From assembly GCA_951406725.2 (NCBI GenBank), contig OX597822.1:59086001-59150000 (forward strand): 64,000 nt of DNA, given 5' to 3'. Position 1 is the first letter of the stretch, and every line of letters begins with the position of its first letter. A program made the position numbers and the translations under genes. Of this stretch, positions 14,956 through 28,332 are shown in pieces. The stretch comes from Octopus vulgaris. Lineage: Eukaryota. The notes under the pieces were generated by a model. That model searched no databases and was not told the origin of the DNA. It saw nothing but the letters and a program-made list of their open reading frames with translations.

Positions 14956-15365
14956 TATACATAGAAGTAAATATATGGTACAACGAAGTACCGATATTTA
15001 CTGGAAAATAGCGAACGTAATAAATACGACGCTAATGTATAGCTTCACCGCGTATGTACTAGCAAAAATGCGTCTGTGCAACAAACTTGAAAAAATTGTC
15101 TTACCTCCAGGAAGAACATCTGAAAGATGAAATACCTAGAAAGGGATAATGTGGTACCGGTTTCAGATTTTTCAAGATATGTCTGCACACATATACTTGA
15201 TTTATCTTCATCAGCCAACATATACCTTGACAACATTTCAAATGTTGCCGCATCAATGCCAATACACTCGACTGAAACGCCAAAACGCTGACAGAACGAG
15301 AACAGTGAAGAAGTTTCCAGTAAATATCGGTACTTCGTTGTACCATAAATTTACTTCTATGTATA
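14956..15365. repeat. About 52-bp inverted repeat (14956-15007 / 15314-15365) bracketing a hammerhead module; PLE pseudo-LTR-like
   Basis: TATACATAGAAGTAAATATATGGTACAACGAAGTACCGATATTTACTGGAAA and its reverse complement with one mismatch. Confidence 0.8.
15149..15221 (-). ncRNA. Type I hammerhead with extended stem II
   Basis: Minus strand: ATGTTGG-CTGATGA-AGAT aaa TCAAG TATATGT..ACATAT CTTGA aaa ATCT-GAAA-CCGG-TA-CCACAT. Confidence 0.75.
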
Positions 15366-15417
15366 TATATATAACAAATGAAAGACAAAAGATGGAATAT
15401 ACGAGAATATATTATTA

Positions 15418-15521
15418 ATCACAACAATTGTTTCGACATATCTAGCATCGACTCCTCTTGTGGGACACGCAAAAACTGGTTCAAGAGTATCCAGTGGTGC
15501 AGAGATATCTCGTCGGGTGAT
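15418..15521 (-). ncRNA. Type I hammerhead with long stem II in the PLE 3' region
   Basis: Minus strand: ATCAC-CCGACGA-GATAT...ATGTC-GAAA-CAATTG-TT-GTGAT, with palindromic stem III (ACAATTGT) and a GUU triplet. Confidence 0.7.
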
Positions 15522-15939
15522 AAATATATAAAAAGTCTCGTTAAAATGACTGTTCCATAATGCACCTTTCCGTTTTGTAGAGAGAAAAACAGCCATACGG
15601 AGGAAAATTCTTCATATATATAGAAGACCCAAAAATAAAATTGCAGAAGACAAAAAGAGAAACGAACACTTAATCCAGCGAGAAAAGTATTGAAAATAAC
15701 CGTTAACCGATATGGATGTATAAACGCCCTCAGGCAAGCAGCATGGCACGAGTACACACGCTCATACAAGCATTAGCAAAAATGTGAGCATATGCACACG
15801 CGAGGTTAGGCGCACTCATAATTACAAAGCGAGTTAGATATTTAGTAAGTGTTTAGAAGAACGGGGAGGTTTAAAATAAATTTAAGTCATCCATACCTTA
15901 AAGTAAAATAAAATAAAATTACACTAAGTTAACGGTTAC

Positions 15940-16737
15940 TCAAAATTCATTCCCACTGTATTGTGCGAAAGTACATTTATATGCGTGTAGGCATCTCGAT
16001 ATTCTTTCAGAAATTCTATTAAGTATCTTTTCGTTAGTCCACAGAATAGACAGGGATTCCTCGGATCAGAGACATCATCTCCTGGAAATTGCACTGAATG
16101 GTTTTTCATGTCTAACTATGGACCAATTAATGTAGTATTTCGTATTAGCCTCCTTCAGTCGCCATATAAAGTCTGTCAAAGATGTCGAATGTCTCTTATT
16201 GATTGACCTAAAGCTGGCAACAGGATTACGATAACGATTCTTAAATGAATCAGCTGTCTGCCCAATGTAAACATAGGGCCCTCCCCTTGTGTGCACGGTA
16301 CATTTATATACAAGATTTGTGCTCATACAGAGATTAATCAAAGGACATTTTGATTTATCCCTGCATGAGCATTTATCATTTTTATATGTACATAAAGCAG
16401 TCCTGACTTCATTTACTGGCGTTGTTATCGTGCTAGCTGTACCATGAGTATTTCTACTACTACAAATTGGTCGAAGTTGATGATTATAAATGCTGTTTAC
16501 ATCTCTTTGGTTGGCATTTAGATGTAAATGTTTGCTAGATCCAATAGGTGGGTTATTGAACCGTTGTCGCATTTTGCTATTGTTTATGCGATGCACAAGC
16601 TGCTCCAAATTAGCAGAGCTAGCGTAGGATACCTTCACGGTGTGGTGATTAAAAATAGCATGGTACCGATTGGATTTAGGAAAACACTTGTCCAAAGCAG
16701 CAAAAAAATTTCCAGCGATCCTGGTTGAAACATGCAA
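15940..16737 (-). pseudogene. PLE C-terminal linker/GIY-YIG domain with in-frame TGA at both Cys of the CxxC motif (putative Sec)
   Basis: Reads ...KPFSAISRR*CL*SEESLSILWTNEKILNRISERISRCLH... and matches the recalled family pattern KRCxLCxxEK...LLNKRSE..KCRH. TGAs at 16075-16077 and 16066-16068. Confidence 0.75.
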
Positions 16738-18499
16738 ATTGAAAATTGGGTTGAACCAGAGGACATCCTGATTCCTATAACTGTTGTTAGGCTTATTTGA
16801 TCGAGTGTGTTGTACAGGATTGGAACAAGCAGTTGAATTATTATATCACATGTGTCTATGAGTTTTCTTTTGTAGATCATTAACATGACCAATATCTTCG
16901 AGCCGTATTCTTTATCCGAGTGATTTCTCAAACGGTAACGTTGTGGTGGCATACGATGTGTATCGCAGTTGAAGTAATTACCAGTGTTGCTTAAGCCTGC
17001 ATCTTGTATATATTAAATTCTATCATGGTACCCAGTCTTAGCTAGAGCATCATTATAATAAGATGCATGAGATTCGAAAATTTTACTGGTAGCAGATAAT
17101 CTAGAAAGCCTAGTAGAAATATTCTTAACTAGTTCCCGTATAATCGAGGGTGGATGGTTAGATTCTACGTTAATGTACTTAATATGATCATTCGGTTTAT
17201 GAAATGGTTCAAATAATCTAGAATCAAGACAGAAGGTAGTGTCAAGAAAGTTCACTCTACGATAATCTTTACCTATAGTAATATTTAGTCCTAAATTTTC
17301 GAAAAGTCTAAAGAAATTTTTCCTTTGCCTTTCTAACTGTATTTTACTACTTCTATCTAGAAAATGTAAGGTGTTATCCCTATATATAGACTCCTTGTTA
17401 ATTCAGGAAAGGAAGACTGGATTAATGGAAGGATATATATTCCGACTAGGTCACTGACCTGAGCAGAATCGTGTGAGCCCATTGCTGTATCAAATTCATT
17501 TTCCCTATCTAACCTACTCCATAATTTACCATCAAAATCTACTAAAGTGGCTCGCGCAGCAAGAATAATATCTATTTCGCGTCGGGACAAATCTGAATTT
17601 TTCATGCTAAAAATCAGGGCTTGATTGAGAACGATTGGGTTGATAGTGGCATAGTAGCTCTCTATATCAATTTGCAAGAATTTACAAGTTTTATTAATTT
17701 CAAGAAGCTTGAACCATCGAACCACCTCTTGGGTATCAGACCAGAGGGCTAATCTAATTTTAGACTTAAGGACGAGTATTACCCTGTCAATGATACTTTT
17801 ACTAATAATGCCTATATCGGATTTAGATGGACAAATCAATCTAACTGAGGAGTCGATAAGAAAGTTAGGTTTATGGTCCTTAAACAAAATCCGGGGTTTT
17901 CAGGGGATGTAGGGTTCTGTTCTATCATCAATGGCTAGATCTTTGACGATTTGTAGCCCTGTATTGTTGAATCTCTTTAATACGTCATTACTAGCATGTC
18001 TATATTTGCTCCATAATTCCTTCCTAATCATAGACTTATATAGATCAATATCAACTTGTTTTGTCCGCTGGTACAAATATCCCCGGAGCTTTCTTGAAGT
18101 CGACAAGTAATTTTCTGATTTTCTGCTGATGTATATTACACCGTCCAGGGTACTTCCTGAACTTCACGTTATTGACAATACTATATAATTCTTCTTCAAA
18201 TCTGGTTAGATATTGGTTTGTCGGTGGGTTCCTTCTAGATTTGAACACTTTTTTTAGTAGGTCACTATGTTCAGGTTTGTCGTTAGGTTTACGCTCCTTG
18301 TCGAAAAAGAAAGCTTTCCACCGCATTTTACGCACAAATTGGTTCGTTTTCTCCAAGAGATCCCGTATATATATATATATATATATATATACGAGGTCTG
18401 ATCAATAAGTATCTGTTTTTCAGCCCATGTGACCAATACATTGTTGTTGCTGTTGTTGTTGTTATTATTATTGATATTATTGTTGTTGTGGTCATTGTT

Positions 18500-18531
<32 letters not shown>

Positions 18532-18532
18532 T

Positions 18533-18588
<56 letters not shown>

Positions 18589-18599
18589 GCTATTGAATG

Positions 18600-19060
18600 T
18601 TACTTTAGTTAGAAGGGATGTTGTTTTGAAGTTTGGTGACGACGAGTCTCAAAAACAATCTTTCACAGGATTCTTGCAGCAAACAGGATGGTACTCTTTT
18701 ACAGGTCAACAATACGTGTCTCAATTCCAATATTTTTCAGCCTCTTAGTTAGTAGTTTTGGTGTCTCTGCCAAGTGCACTAATTACCACATGAACAATTA
18801 TCATCTTCGGCTTCCGCAATCTCTTCATCTTTCTGACTAGGTCCTCAAATTTCTTAGTTTTCTCAATGTCTTGTATATCCACTCAATTATGGTATGGAAT
18901 TGCAAAAACTAAGATCTTACACTTGTTAGTTTTATGCCTCTACACTCGTATTTAGTATCCTTACTTCAATTGAATGGTCAGTCTCATGGGGAAATGTTAT
19001 AAAAACCTGTAATTATCATTCGCCTTCACAGCTTGTAACTCATGTTCATTATGATATTAT
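18600..19060 (-). mobile_element. Highly degenerate RLE non-LTR fragment
   Basis: IEKTKKFEDL...IIVHVVISALG...KSTILFAARIL remnants next to (TAA)n. Confidence 0.55.
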
Positions 19061-19084
19061 CGTTATCATTCAGTAGTCTTATTT

Positions 19085-19559
19085 TTATCACGTGCTTTCA
19101 CTTCACTACCGAGCGCAGCTCTGTGTGCCTTGAGTATGTGCTCTGGTTGGTTGTGATGCTCTTATGCTTACTGTATTGAAAGTGTTTTGCGTAGGATGTG
19201 TGCAGTGCCCAGTAGTGCAATTTTCTGTATGTTATATATATTTTGTAAGTCCTGTTGTTTTTGTTATATATTTGTTTGAATATCTTTTTATCATATCTAA
19301 TGCGCCTACTATGATAGGAATTGTTTTTGTTTTTAGATTCCACATTCGAGTTACCTCTATTTCCAGGTCTTTGTATTTTGAAAGTTTCTCCATTTCTTTT
19401 AGAGAAATGTTGTCATCTGCTGGTATTGATACATCAATTAGAAAGCATTTTTTCCTTTCATGATCTCTGACAACTATATCTGACATATTGGCCTTAATTT
19501 CTCTATCTGTGTGTATTGGCATATCCCAAAGTATAGTTGCTTTCTCGTTTTCTGTGACC

Positions 19560-19560
<1 letters not shown>
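19085..19560 (-). mobile_element. R4/Dong-like non-LTR retrotransposon 3' end (restriction-like endonuclease)
   Basis: ILWDMPIHTDREIKAN.SDIVVRD...CFLIDVSIP.D.NIS.KE.EKLSKYKDLEIE..RMW....IPIIVGAL...IQKIALLGTAHILRK, adjacent to (TAA)n. Confidence 0.88.
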
Positions 19561-19658
<98 letters not shown>

Positions 19659-19689
19659 ATTGTTGCTATTGTTGTTGTTATTATTATTA

Positions 19690-20135
19690 ACTCAGGTTTT
19701 GTTGGAACTCCTGGAGTCTTGCATGCGTAGCGGGTTTGCTGCCTGCAGCCTACGGTACCGTGCTATCTGTTCTTCTCAATTATCTAATACTTTTCTGATT
19801 GTTGTGGCCATGCCAAGGAAGCAAGACTTTTCTAACAGTTCTATTAATCTCTCCATTCCGATTTCCTTTGTATTCCTCTTGATGCCTTCTGATACTGTTT
19901 TCATGGACCCAACAATAATTGGTACTATCGTCTCCTTCTTAATTTTCCATAGCTAGGCTATTTCGTACTTGAAAGCATTTTATATATATCTATTTTTTGC
20001 TTTCCTTTTGACTAACCGTGGGTAAAACAGCACGCAACATCAATTATATAGCACATGTGGTGTATCATGTCCACCGCCATTAGCTCCGGTCTGTTATACT
20101 CTAGCACCTGATGTGATTGGATTGGAAAATCCCAC
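19690..20135 (-). mobile_element. Degenerate R4/Dong-like RLE fragment
   Basis: IVPIIVGSM...KSCFLGMATTIRKVLDN*. Its 3' UTR resembles 13840-13950. Confidence 0.7.
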
Positions 20136-20195
20136 AGGATTTTGCTGGTCTCCAACTCTGCCACTCACTGCGGTTTGTGCTCATACTTCCTCTTG

Positions 20196-20256
<61 letters not shown>

Positions 20257-20527
20257 AGACAGCACTTTCCGCACAGTTTCCAATGTAGCTTTCGCTATCT
20301 CAACGTGTCACCACAATTTGTGGTTTTGGACAAGTCTAAGGCGTTCACTTGCGATGTGTGCAATGGTTTCGTACACTCTATTACAGATGCGACACAGTGG
20401 AGACATTTGCTCATTCCTTAGGCTGACCCTTCAATTTGTGGCCAAAGCTGGGTCTTGCGCTGCCAATGTGGTATCTGCACTCTGTTTTTGAGTGCTCCTT
20501 TCTTCAGCCAGTCCCACCTATGTTTTC

Positions 20528-20600
<73 letters not shown>

Positions 20601-20612
20601 AATATTAATATT

Positions 20613-20830
20613 CAGGCGGCACACCGGCAGAATCATTAGCACGCCAGGCAAAATGCTTAGTGGCATTTTGTCTATCTTTACGTCCTGAGTTCAAATTCCG
20701 CCGAGGTCGACTTTACCTTTCATCCTTTCGGGTTCGATGAAATAAGTACCAATTTTGCACTGAGATCGATTACTTCGTCTATCCTCTTGCCTAAAATTTC
20801 AGACCTTGTACCTATAGTGGAAAGGATTAT
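20613..20830 (+). mobile_element. Family-M SINE
   Basis: GAGTTCAAATTCCGCCGAGGTCGACTTTACCTTTCATCCTTTCGGG. Confidence 0.75.
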
Positions 20831-21037
20831 TATTATTATAGACACAAAGCTATGTTTTTAAAAAAAGAAGGTCTAAAAGCACGTAACAACCTGGCATTTA
20901 CAACAGAAAATTTAGACAAATACGTACAATTAGATTAGCGTGTTTAAATGTTGAACAGAGCACTATCAATTATATATGTCTAAATATATCTTTCTATATA
21001 TGTATATATTTATTTATTTATATGCATACACCCCTCC

Positions 21038-21076
<39 letters not shown>

Positions 21077-21209
21077 ATTATTTATACACATACACACACA
21101 CGCACACACACACACACGCACACGTATATATAAATACATGTATATATATTTCCTTGCACATTTATAGCTAAATGTCCACTATCAGATCATTCATTCCGGA
21201 TATATATAC

Positions 21210-21326
<117 letters not shown>

Positions 21327-21356
21327 ATATACATATATATATATGCGTGTGTGTGT

Positions 21357-21615
21357 GAAGGCGCAATGGAATGGCTCAGTGGTTAAAGCAGCGGACACGC
21401 GGTCGTAGGATCGTGGTTTCGATTCCCAGACAAGGTGTTGTGAGTGTTTATTGAGCGAAAACACCTAAACCTCCACGACGCTCCGGCAGGAGGTGGGGGC
21501 GAACTCTGCTGTACTCTTTCACCGCAACTTTCTATTGTACAGGTACAACACTGTGTCACGCTGAGTCACCCCGAGAACTACTTTAAGGAAGGTGGAGTGC
21601 TCAGCAACTTCACTA
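21357..21615 (+). mobile_element. Family-R2 SINE
   Basis: GGTTTCGATTCCCAGAC...TTTATTGAGCGAAAACACCTAA. Confidence 0.8.
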
Positions 21616-21811
21616 CATATATATATGTATTGTTTTCCAAAATGGAGGCGAACGCCTTTCTCCATGTGACCGGCTTGAAGAATTGTTAAGATACTTGGAT
21701 GTTTTCCTGCCCTTCTTTATATAAAACCAATGGTAGCCTTAATTCACAAATAAAGAAATTATTTATCCACCAATGCTGTGTTGAGCACGCATTTCATCGT
21801 TCTACGTTTAC

Positions 21812-21877
<66 letters not shown>

Positions 21878-22462
21878 GTGTGTGTGTGTGTGTGTATACA
21901 TAGACTATTTAACCAAAGGAGGTGGATGAGATCCAACATTGTCCAATTGTGTAACATTAGTTCTATGAATCATTTGTTCTGTCAAAAGAGGCTATAACGC
22001 CAGACATATTTTAGAAAGAAGGATAGAGATACATTTATATAAAGAATTAATTATTTTGGATCCGCTACTGTGTGCATGTAATTTTACTCGCATTTATCAA
22101 ACGTAAAACATCAGAGAATTTATTCTTGGATATTATTGACTGATAAAGAAACACAGAAAATATATAACCTCTCTGCTTGAGCGTATTTGTACGATAAAGC
22201 CAAATACTTATATTATTCTACAGTATTAATCAATTTATATTGCCTTGGGTCTGCACACGTGCGTGTGTGTGCGGGCTCAGTTTTCTTCCTTGATTTATGT
22301 ACATTTTATCAACTAGATTACAGAATAAGATGCACACACATCTATATCGAGGAAGCAATTTATTATAATCACGGATATTATCAGACTGTTATTGTTATCT
22401 TAATTAGCGGTTCCCAAACACTCTAGGCTACTGCTACATATTCTGCTTTATAATATTAACCG

Positions 22463-22506
<44 letters not shown>

Positions 22507-22507
<1 letters not shown>

Positions 22508-23050
22508 GAATGAAAGAGCAGTGTATGCCATCCAAGTGACACTGGGGTAAAATATACGAAGCCCAGTATACCCATCATGACTACTCGTCTGATAAGGGTA
22601 CACCAAGCATATGCATCACAACCATATGTGCGCGACATGGTGATTTCATATCAAGATAAACAGCACAGGACCTTGCAGGTGGAGCCCAGTTAGAATTTTC
22701 TTTAGGTCGTGTAGCCCATCCCGCTCAAAAGGTCCCTGAAAAATAGTTTAAAGATGTACGAAACACCCAATTTTCCAGAGGTGAATTATTCAAACCCTAA
22801 AGAATTCCTCTCAACACATGGCTATGATGCTCCCCCACTACTTCTGCTCGTGATCAGAGATGTACATATCGTCAGCCACCAAGGGACATGGTCAACTGGT
22901 TAAGGTCAAACACCTGACAAGCAAACCTGTGGTACTGAGCAGAATATTTGCTGTAGCCCATCTTTTATACCAAAACAAAACAATGTACATGATAACACTT
23001 CCAATCAGTTAAGATCAGAAGCCATGAGAGCCACTGCCTGGTACTGCATC
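22507..23050 (-). mobile_element. Second copy of the 550-bp TAA-associated element
   Basis: Colinear high identity to 2401-2950. Confidence 0.8.
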
Positions 23051-23599
23051 TATTATTATTATCTAAATGACTATTGGAAGAATGCCTGTCATGAGTACAG
23101 GATATGTGGGTTCGAGTCCGACTGGCAACCTTTGCCTTTTTTCTATGCTATTATTTCTAGCTTTTCTGCTTCGAGATTTCACATTCTCTCGAAGTTTTAT
23201 AAATTCTTATGACGTTATATATATATAAGATAATTTTTATCGGAGACAATACTCCGTGTATAGTACAATTGTTTTTTGGGACTCGTTTATGAGCTAAGGA
23301 GTAATAAAATTTTGCAGAACGTAAAAATTCCAGGTGTCAGTACTTTACATCCGAAAATGAAATCGTGCTTACAGTGATTTATAAGACTTGGATGGGATAC
23401 ATGATTATATTAAATATTCAAAATATAAAAATGATAAAAGAAAATGAAAAATATAATAACAATGAGACATAAACTAAGATATAAGAACATGAAAACCGTG
23501 TATGCGTGTGTAGATACATGTATTCGAGGGAGAATAAATAGAGTTCAGTAATACAAGATATCATGAAGGTAAAGATTCGTTAAAAATAGGATCAGTTAA

Positions 23600-23688
23600 A
23601 AACCTACGTCCGTTTCAGAAAATATCAAGGGGCTGTAGGGACAGACCGTATTCTACTCTATCGAATAATATTTCCTTCTTCAGGGTTT
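23600..23688 (-). ncRNA. Type I hammerhead with 11-bp stem II and a large loop
   Basis: Minus strand: AAACC-CTGAAGA-AGGAAATATTA...TGATATTTTCT-GAAA-CGGACG-TA-GGTTT, inside a TA-flanked segment of about 23230-23810. Confidence 0.75.
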
Positions 23689-23899
23689 ACTGCTTGGAGC
23701 GAAGTTCGTTTAAAATTCTGCATAATGAATTCCTGTTGATGGGTGGACGTCGAATGATTAAATAATTAAAAATATAACTGGCGAAATTGATACAGGAACA
23801 TCTAAAATTTATATATATATATATATATACACACACATAAACGCTACTATCGAATAACGTAAATGAGTGCTCAGTACTTCATTGTTGGATAAATGTTCT

Positions 23900-24057
23900 T
23901 TATTTTTGAATTAACAAGGCAACCTTTGATACCATGTGGAATAGATCTCCACAATTATTCAAGAGAACCACTTGCCCGTGTCTTCAAGTGGCCCGCTTGA
24001 ATAATTGTACATATCTCTTCCACATGAAACCACCGGTTGCCATGTTAATCCATAAAT
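23900..24057. repeat. Imperfect foldback hairpin (MITE-like)
   Basis: ATTAACAAGGCAACC...CATGTGGAA...ACAATTATTCAAG..CCACTTG paired with CAAGTGG..CTTGAATAATTGT...TTCCACATG...GGTTGCCATGTTAAT. Confidence 0.7.
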
Positions 24058-24060
24058 GAG

Positions 24061-24202
<142 letters not shown>

Positions 24203-25155
24203 ACTCAATATAGTCATACACACAAATTCTAAGTGAACTACATTTTGTTTTGGGATAATTTTAAATGTAAGGTCGAACTTTTTCTGATAAATATATAATA
24301 TTTACCTCTCCGCGAAAGCCTAACCTGCTGTAGACTAATCACTATACGGAATCCTAGTTGTTAGTGTACATTATATACAGCTATAAGCCACTAATCTCTT
24401 CATGGACATAAGACGTTTGATAATTGCCTGATGAAATACTAAGAAGAGGAGAAACTGGTTAGGTTATGAGAAAAAGAGTAAATCTTTTTGGGCTGTTATG
24501 TGTGGTCTGCTTCGCTCGAATATCATATTAATATCGAATTCGGTGTTCTGTTACTTTAAGGACTTTGTGCGGTTTTATAAATCGTAGTGTTCTGTTCCAC
24601 ATGTTTCAATGACGAAATATGATTGAAATATGTAGTCTGAATCTGCCTTTTACCATTTTTCTGAACTTTTACTGAGTATTGATTGCTTTGGGTAGGTTTT
24701 GGCGACTGTTGTCTCATATGCAAACGAATATGTATGTATGAGCGTGTATGTGTGTGTGTAGGCGGATTAACACACAGATATGTCCTTTTTTGTATATTTA
24801 CTGTAGCAATAACCTGCAACTTTAAGGTTATAATTTTGGCATGCGTGAGTCTGTGTATGCGTACGTAAGTGAGTGAGTATAAGTGTGTGTGTGTGTAGGG
24901 GGGTGTAATTTGATGGAGATTTGGTTGCTATTTCAAAGTGATCGCACAGTAGAGCTCTGCCATTCCACGTATTTGTCTGTCACATTATGTCCTTACACTC
25001 TATCTCTATTCCCTCTTTTACACCTGATCGACCCATCACATAGTCAACACACAAACACACTATGTCTCCCTATTTCCCTCTCTATGTGATATCAGTGTAT
25101 TCGTTAGTCTCCCAAAAGACTATACAATAGGCATATTTGTATTTGTGTGTGTGTA

Positions 25156-25223
<68 letters not shown>

Positions 25224-25224
25224 G

Positions 25225-25562
25225 AGGAGACCCCCTTCGGTCATGAATGACCATGGGATTGCACCTAGAAAGTTACCCTCCCAGGCACAAGTCAGGGCAA
25301 GATTATTTGTGGAAGGCTAGCAGTCGCCCATGCATACCAGCCTCCCCACTGCACACCACTGATGTTATCCAAGGGAAAGGCAAAGGGGCCGATACAGCTT
25401 GGCACCAGTGATGTCGCAGCTCAGTTCTACAGCTGAGTTAACTGGAACAACGTGAAAAAAAGTGTCTAGCTCAAGAACACAACACGCAGCCCGGTCCGGG
25501 AATCGAACTCATAACCACAAGATCGTAAGCTCTACGCTCTAACCACTGAGCCATGCGCCTTC
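25225..25562 (-). mobile_element. Family-R1 SINE
   Basis: Reverse complement of the 37238 element. Confidence 0.85.
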
Positions 25563-26739
25563 ACACACACACATATGTGTGTGTGGTGTGTGTGTCTGTG
25601 TGTGTGTGTATGTGTATGTATGTATGCATGAATGTATATATGTTTGTAAGAATGTATGTACAGCCGTCTATGTATGTGTATATGGTATGTATATTTTCCG
25701 TGTCTGTTCCTATATTATGTGTATGAGAAAAAAAATCTTCGTCACAAAACAAAAAAAAAAAAAGAACGCTAAAAAAACTGAAACAAGAAAATAATACAGC
25801 AGCACTAAAACAACCACGAATCAAAATTACTGTCTGTTTTAATATTCATTTATCTCTCTTAGTCTTGACAGGATGATAAAACGTGATACTATCTGAACTG
25901 AGAAACCGTCACATTCTCCAGTCAGCCGTTGTAATACAACAATGCTTATTTTACATTCCAAAAAGAGAATAAATGACAAATCTAGTGTGCTTGGGTGTTA
26001 TGGTGTTTTGCTAAGGAAGCTCCTAGAAATTTGGTTTCCTATATTACAAGAAATGAAAAAAAGAAATTCCTAGAGAGTGACTATCTATATGATGGTGGGT
26101 GGGCAGGAAATTACTTTTTCTGTGTGAGGCCTGAACGATCGAGAATACAGTTTCCGGGCCAGTATGATGGAATTTGATATCTTTGTGGTTAAGTGATAGA
26201 GCTATACATTAGTTGTCCTTCTTTGTCGTTGGCGAAGATGTTGCTGTTGTTGATGCTAGGGTGGCGGAGTCAACGTTGGTGGTGGTGGCGGCGGTGGCGG
26301 TGGTGGTGTTAGCGGTGGTGATACTTTTGTTGATGTCGTCGTAGATGTTGTTGCTGTTGAAGGAATCCTTCATTTGTGTATTTCATGTCAGGTTTTCCTT
26401 CGGTTAAGAGAATCATATTACAACCGTGTGTGAGTAAAACTAGGTGTAATTTATCTCCCGCACCATCACATACATATCAAACACAACAAACTACACATTA
26501 ACCGACCTACTTATTTATATACAAATGATTATATACTTACACACATACAAACGCATACATACATATACATACATATGTATGAATTTATATACAAATACTC
26601 TTACGTACACGCATACACAAATATATACATACATACACACGAACACATATACATACATATATACATACACACGAACACATACATATATGCATGCATACAT
26701 ACATACATACATACATACATACATACATACATACATACA

Positions 26740-26770
<31 letters not shown>

Positions 26771-26777
26771 TATATAT

Positions 26778-27110
26778 TGAGACCCCTTCGGTCATGACTG
26801 ACCGTGGGATTGCGCTTAGAAAGTTACCCTCCCAGGTACAAGTCCGGGCAAGGTTGTTTAAGGAAGACCAGCAGTCGCCCATCCATACTGGTCTTCCCTC
26901 TCCACGCCACCAGCATTAGCCAACGGAAGGCAACGGCCGATACAGCTTAGCACCATTGACGTCGCAACTAATTTCTACAGCTGAGTGAACTGGAGCAACG
27001 TGGGATAAAGTGTCTTGCTCAAGAACACAACACGCAGCCCGGTCCGGGATTCGAACTCACAATCTCACGATCGTAAGCTTGACGCTCTAACCACTGAGCT
27101 ATGCGCCTTC
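26778..27110 (-). mobile_element. Family-R1 SINE
   Basis: Reverse complement of the 37238 element. Confidence 0.85.
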
Positions 27111-27139
27111 ACATACATACATACATACGTATATACACA

Positions 27140-27435
27140 AGTCTACGGACCATTGATAAGGAATTACCCAAGATACACTTTCAGTTTCATATCCATTATC
27201 ATTGGAGCAAGAGAATACGTACGAACCTGCCTACAGCAAAACATGGTTGAACTTGGATTATTGGGGGAGAAAATGCAGATCCTTAATCCGTACTCTATAA
27301 ATGATTACGATAGCTGGGACAGTAATAATCTGCATGACTCTCTTTAATCTGCAAGACCTTCCAAAGATTTAAAGGTTGATGAACAAAACAAGATGCTTTC
27401 TTTGACAACCACGCTATCAAGCAGGTGGCTGGTCA
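27140..27435 (+). mobile_element. RLE-type non-LTR 3' fragment
   Basis: YGPLIRNYPRYTFSFISIIIGA...; homologous to 35845-36200. Confidence 0.6.
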
Positions 27436-27473
27436 AACTTAATACGAAAAAAAAAAAAAATTTTAAACGTGTT

Positions 27474-27958
<485 letters not shown>

Positions 27959-27969
27959 GTATATATATT

Positions 27970-28064
27970 GCAATAATAATTCTCTAAAAGAGATATAGAC
28001 AGTAACTGCTCGATAACATAAGGGACTAAAGCCATCTGAATATGGCTAGGGACAGGGCAGGGTG
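27970..28064 (-). mobile_element. Short 3'-end copy of the family at 50259
   Basis: GCAATAATAATTCTCTAAAAG...GGCTAGGGACAGGGCAGGGTG is near-identical to 50259-50353. Confidence 0.7.
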
Positions 28065-28332
28065 ATACACAGGAAACCGAAGACAGCAATCGCAGGTTGC
28101 GGAATTGCTAAGAATTTCCGGGGAATTGACTCAAGCCTTGTGTCACTTGTAGAAAAGCCTACGGAACATCCTTCAATCAGTTACACGAAAGTGACGAAGA
28201 GTTACTAGAATGTAAGTCATTCAATTTACTAACATTTCAGTGCGAATCTTAAAAGCATCAGCAACCCACGTTTATTGGGAAGCTTCAGAAATGCACTGTA
28301 AACTACTCCTGTAATTTATGTCTTCGAGAACA

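Larger units (their letters stand above)
15373..18360 (-). mobile_element. Penelope-like retroelement (Naiad-type), frameshifted RT + GIY-YIG endonuclease
   Basis: Split ORFs carry MRWKAFFF, PADKT, FLQIDIESYYATI, AMGSHDSAQVSDLVG, LY(R)DN with an AT insertion, NFLDTTF, YINVESNHPP, WFNPIF, a CSCRDKSKCPL..C linker and LVYKCTV...VYIGQT..SFKNRY (GIY-YIG). Both ends lie in (TA)n. Confidence 0.92.

Noticed and set aside
15720-15955. SECIS candidates (ATGA-containing hairpins) downstream of the PLE ORF
   Set aside because: None showed the required 3' GA quartet partner with correct helix II spacing by eye. Left for SECISearch.
18389-18440. Mariner-like TIR start TACGAGGTCTGATCAATAAGTATC
   Set aside because: A single short end with no partner TIR or transposase nearby.
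24421-24470. CTGATGA...GAAAC motif
   Set aside because: No stem II pairing and poor stem I.
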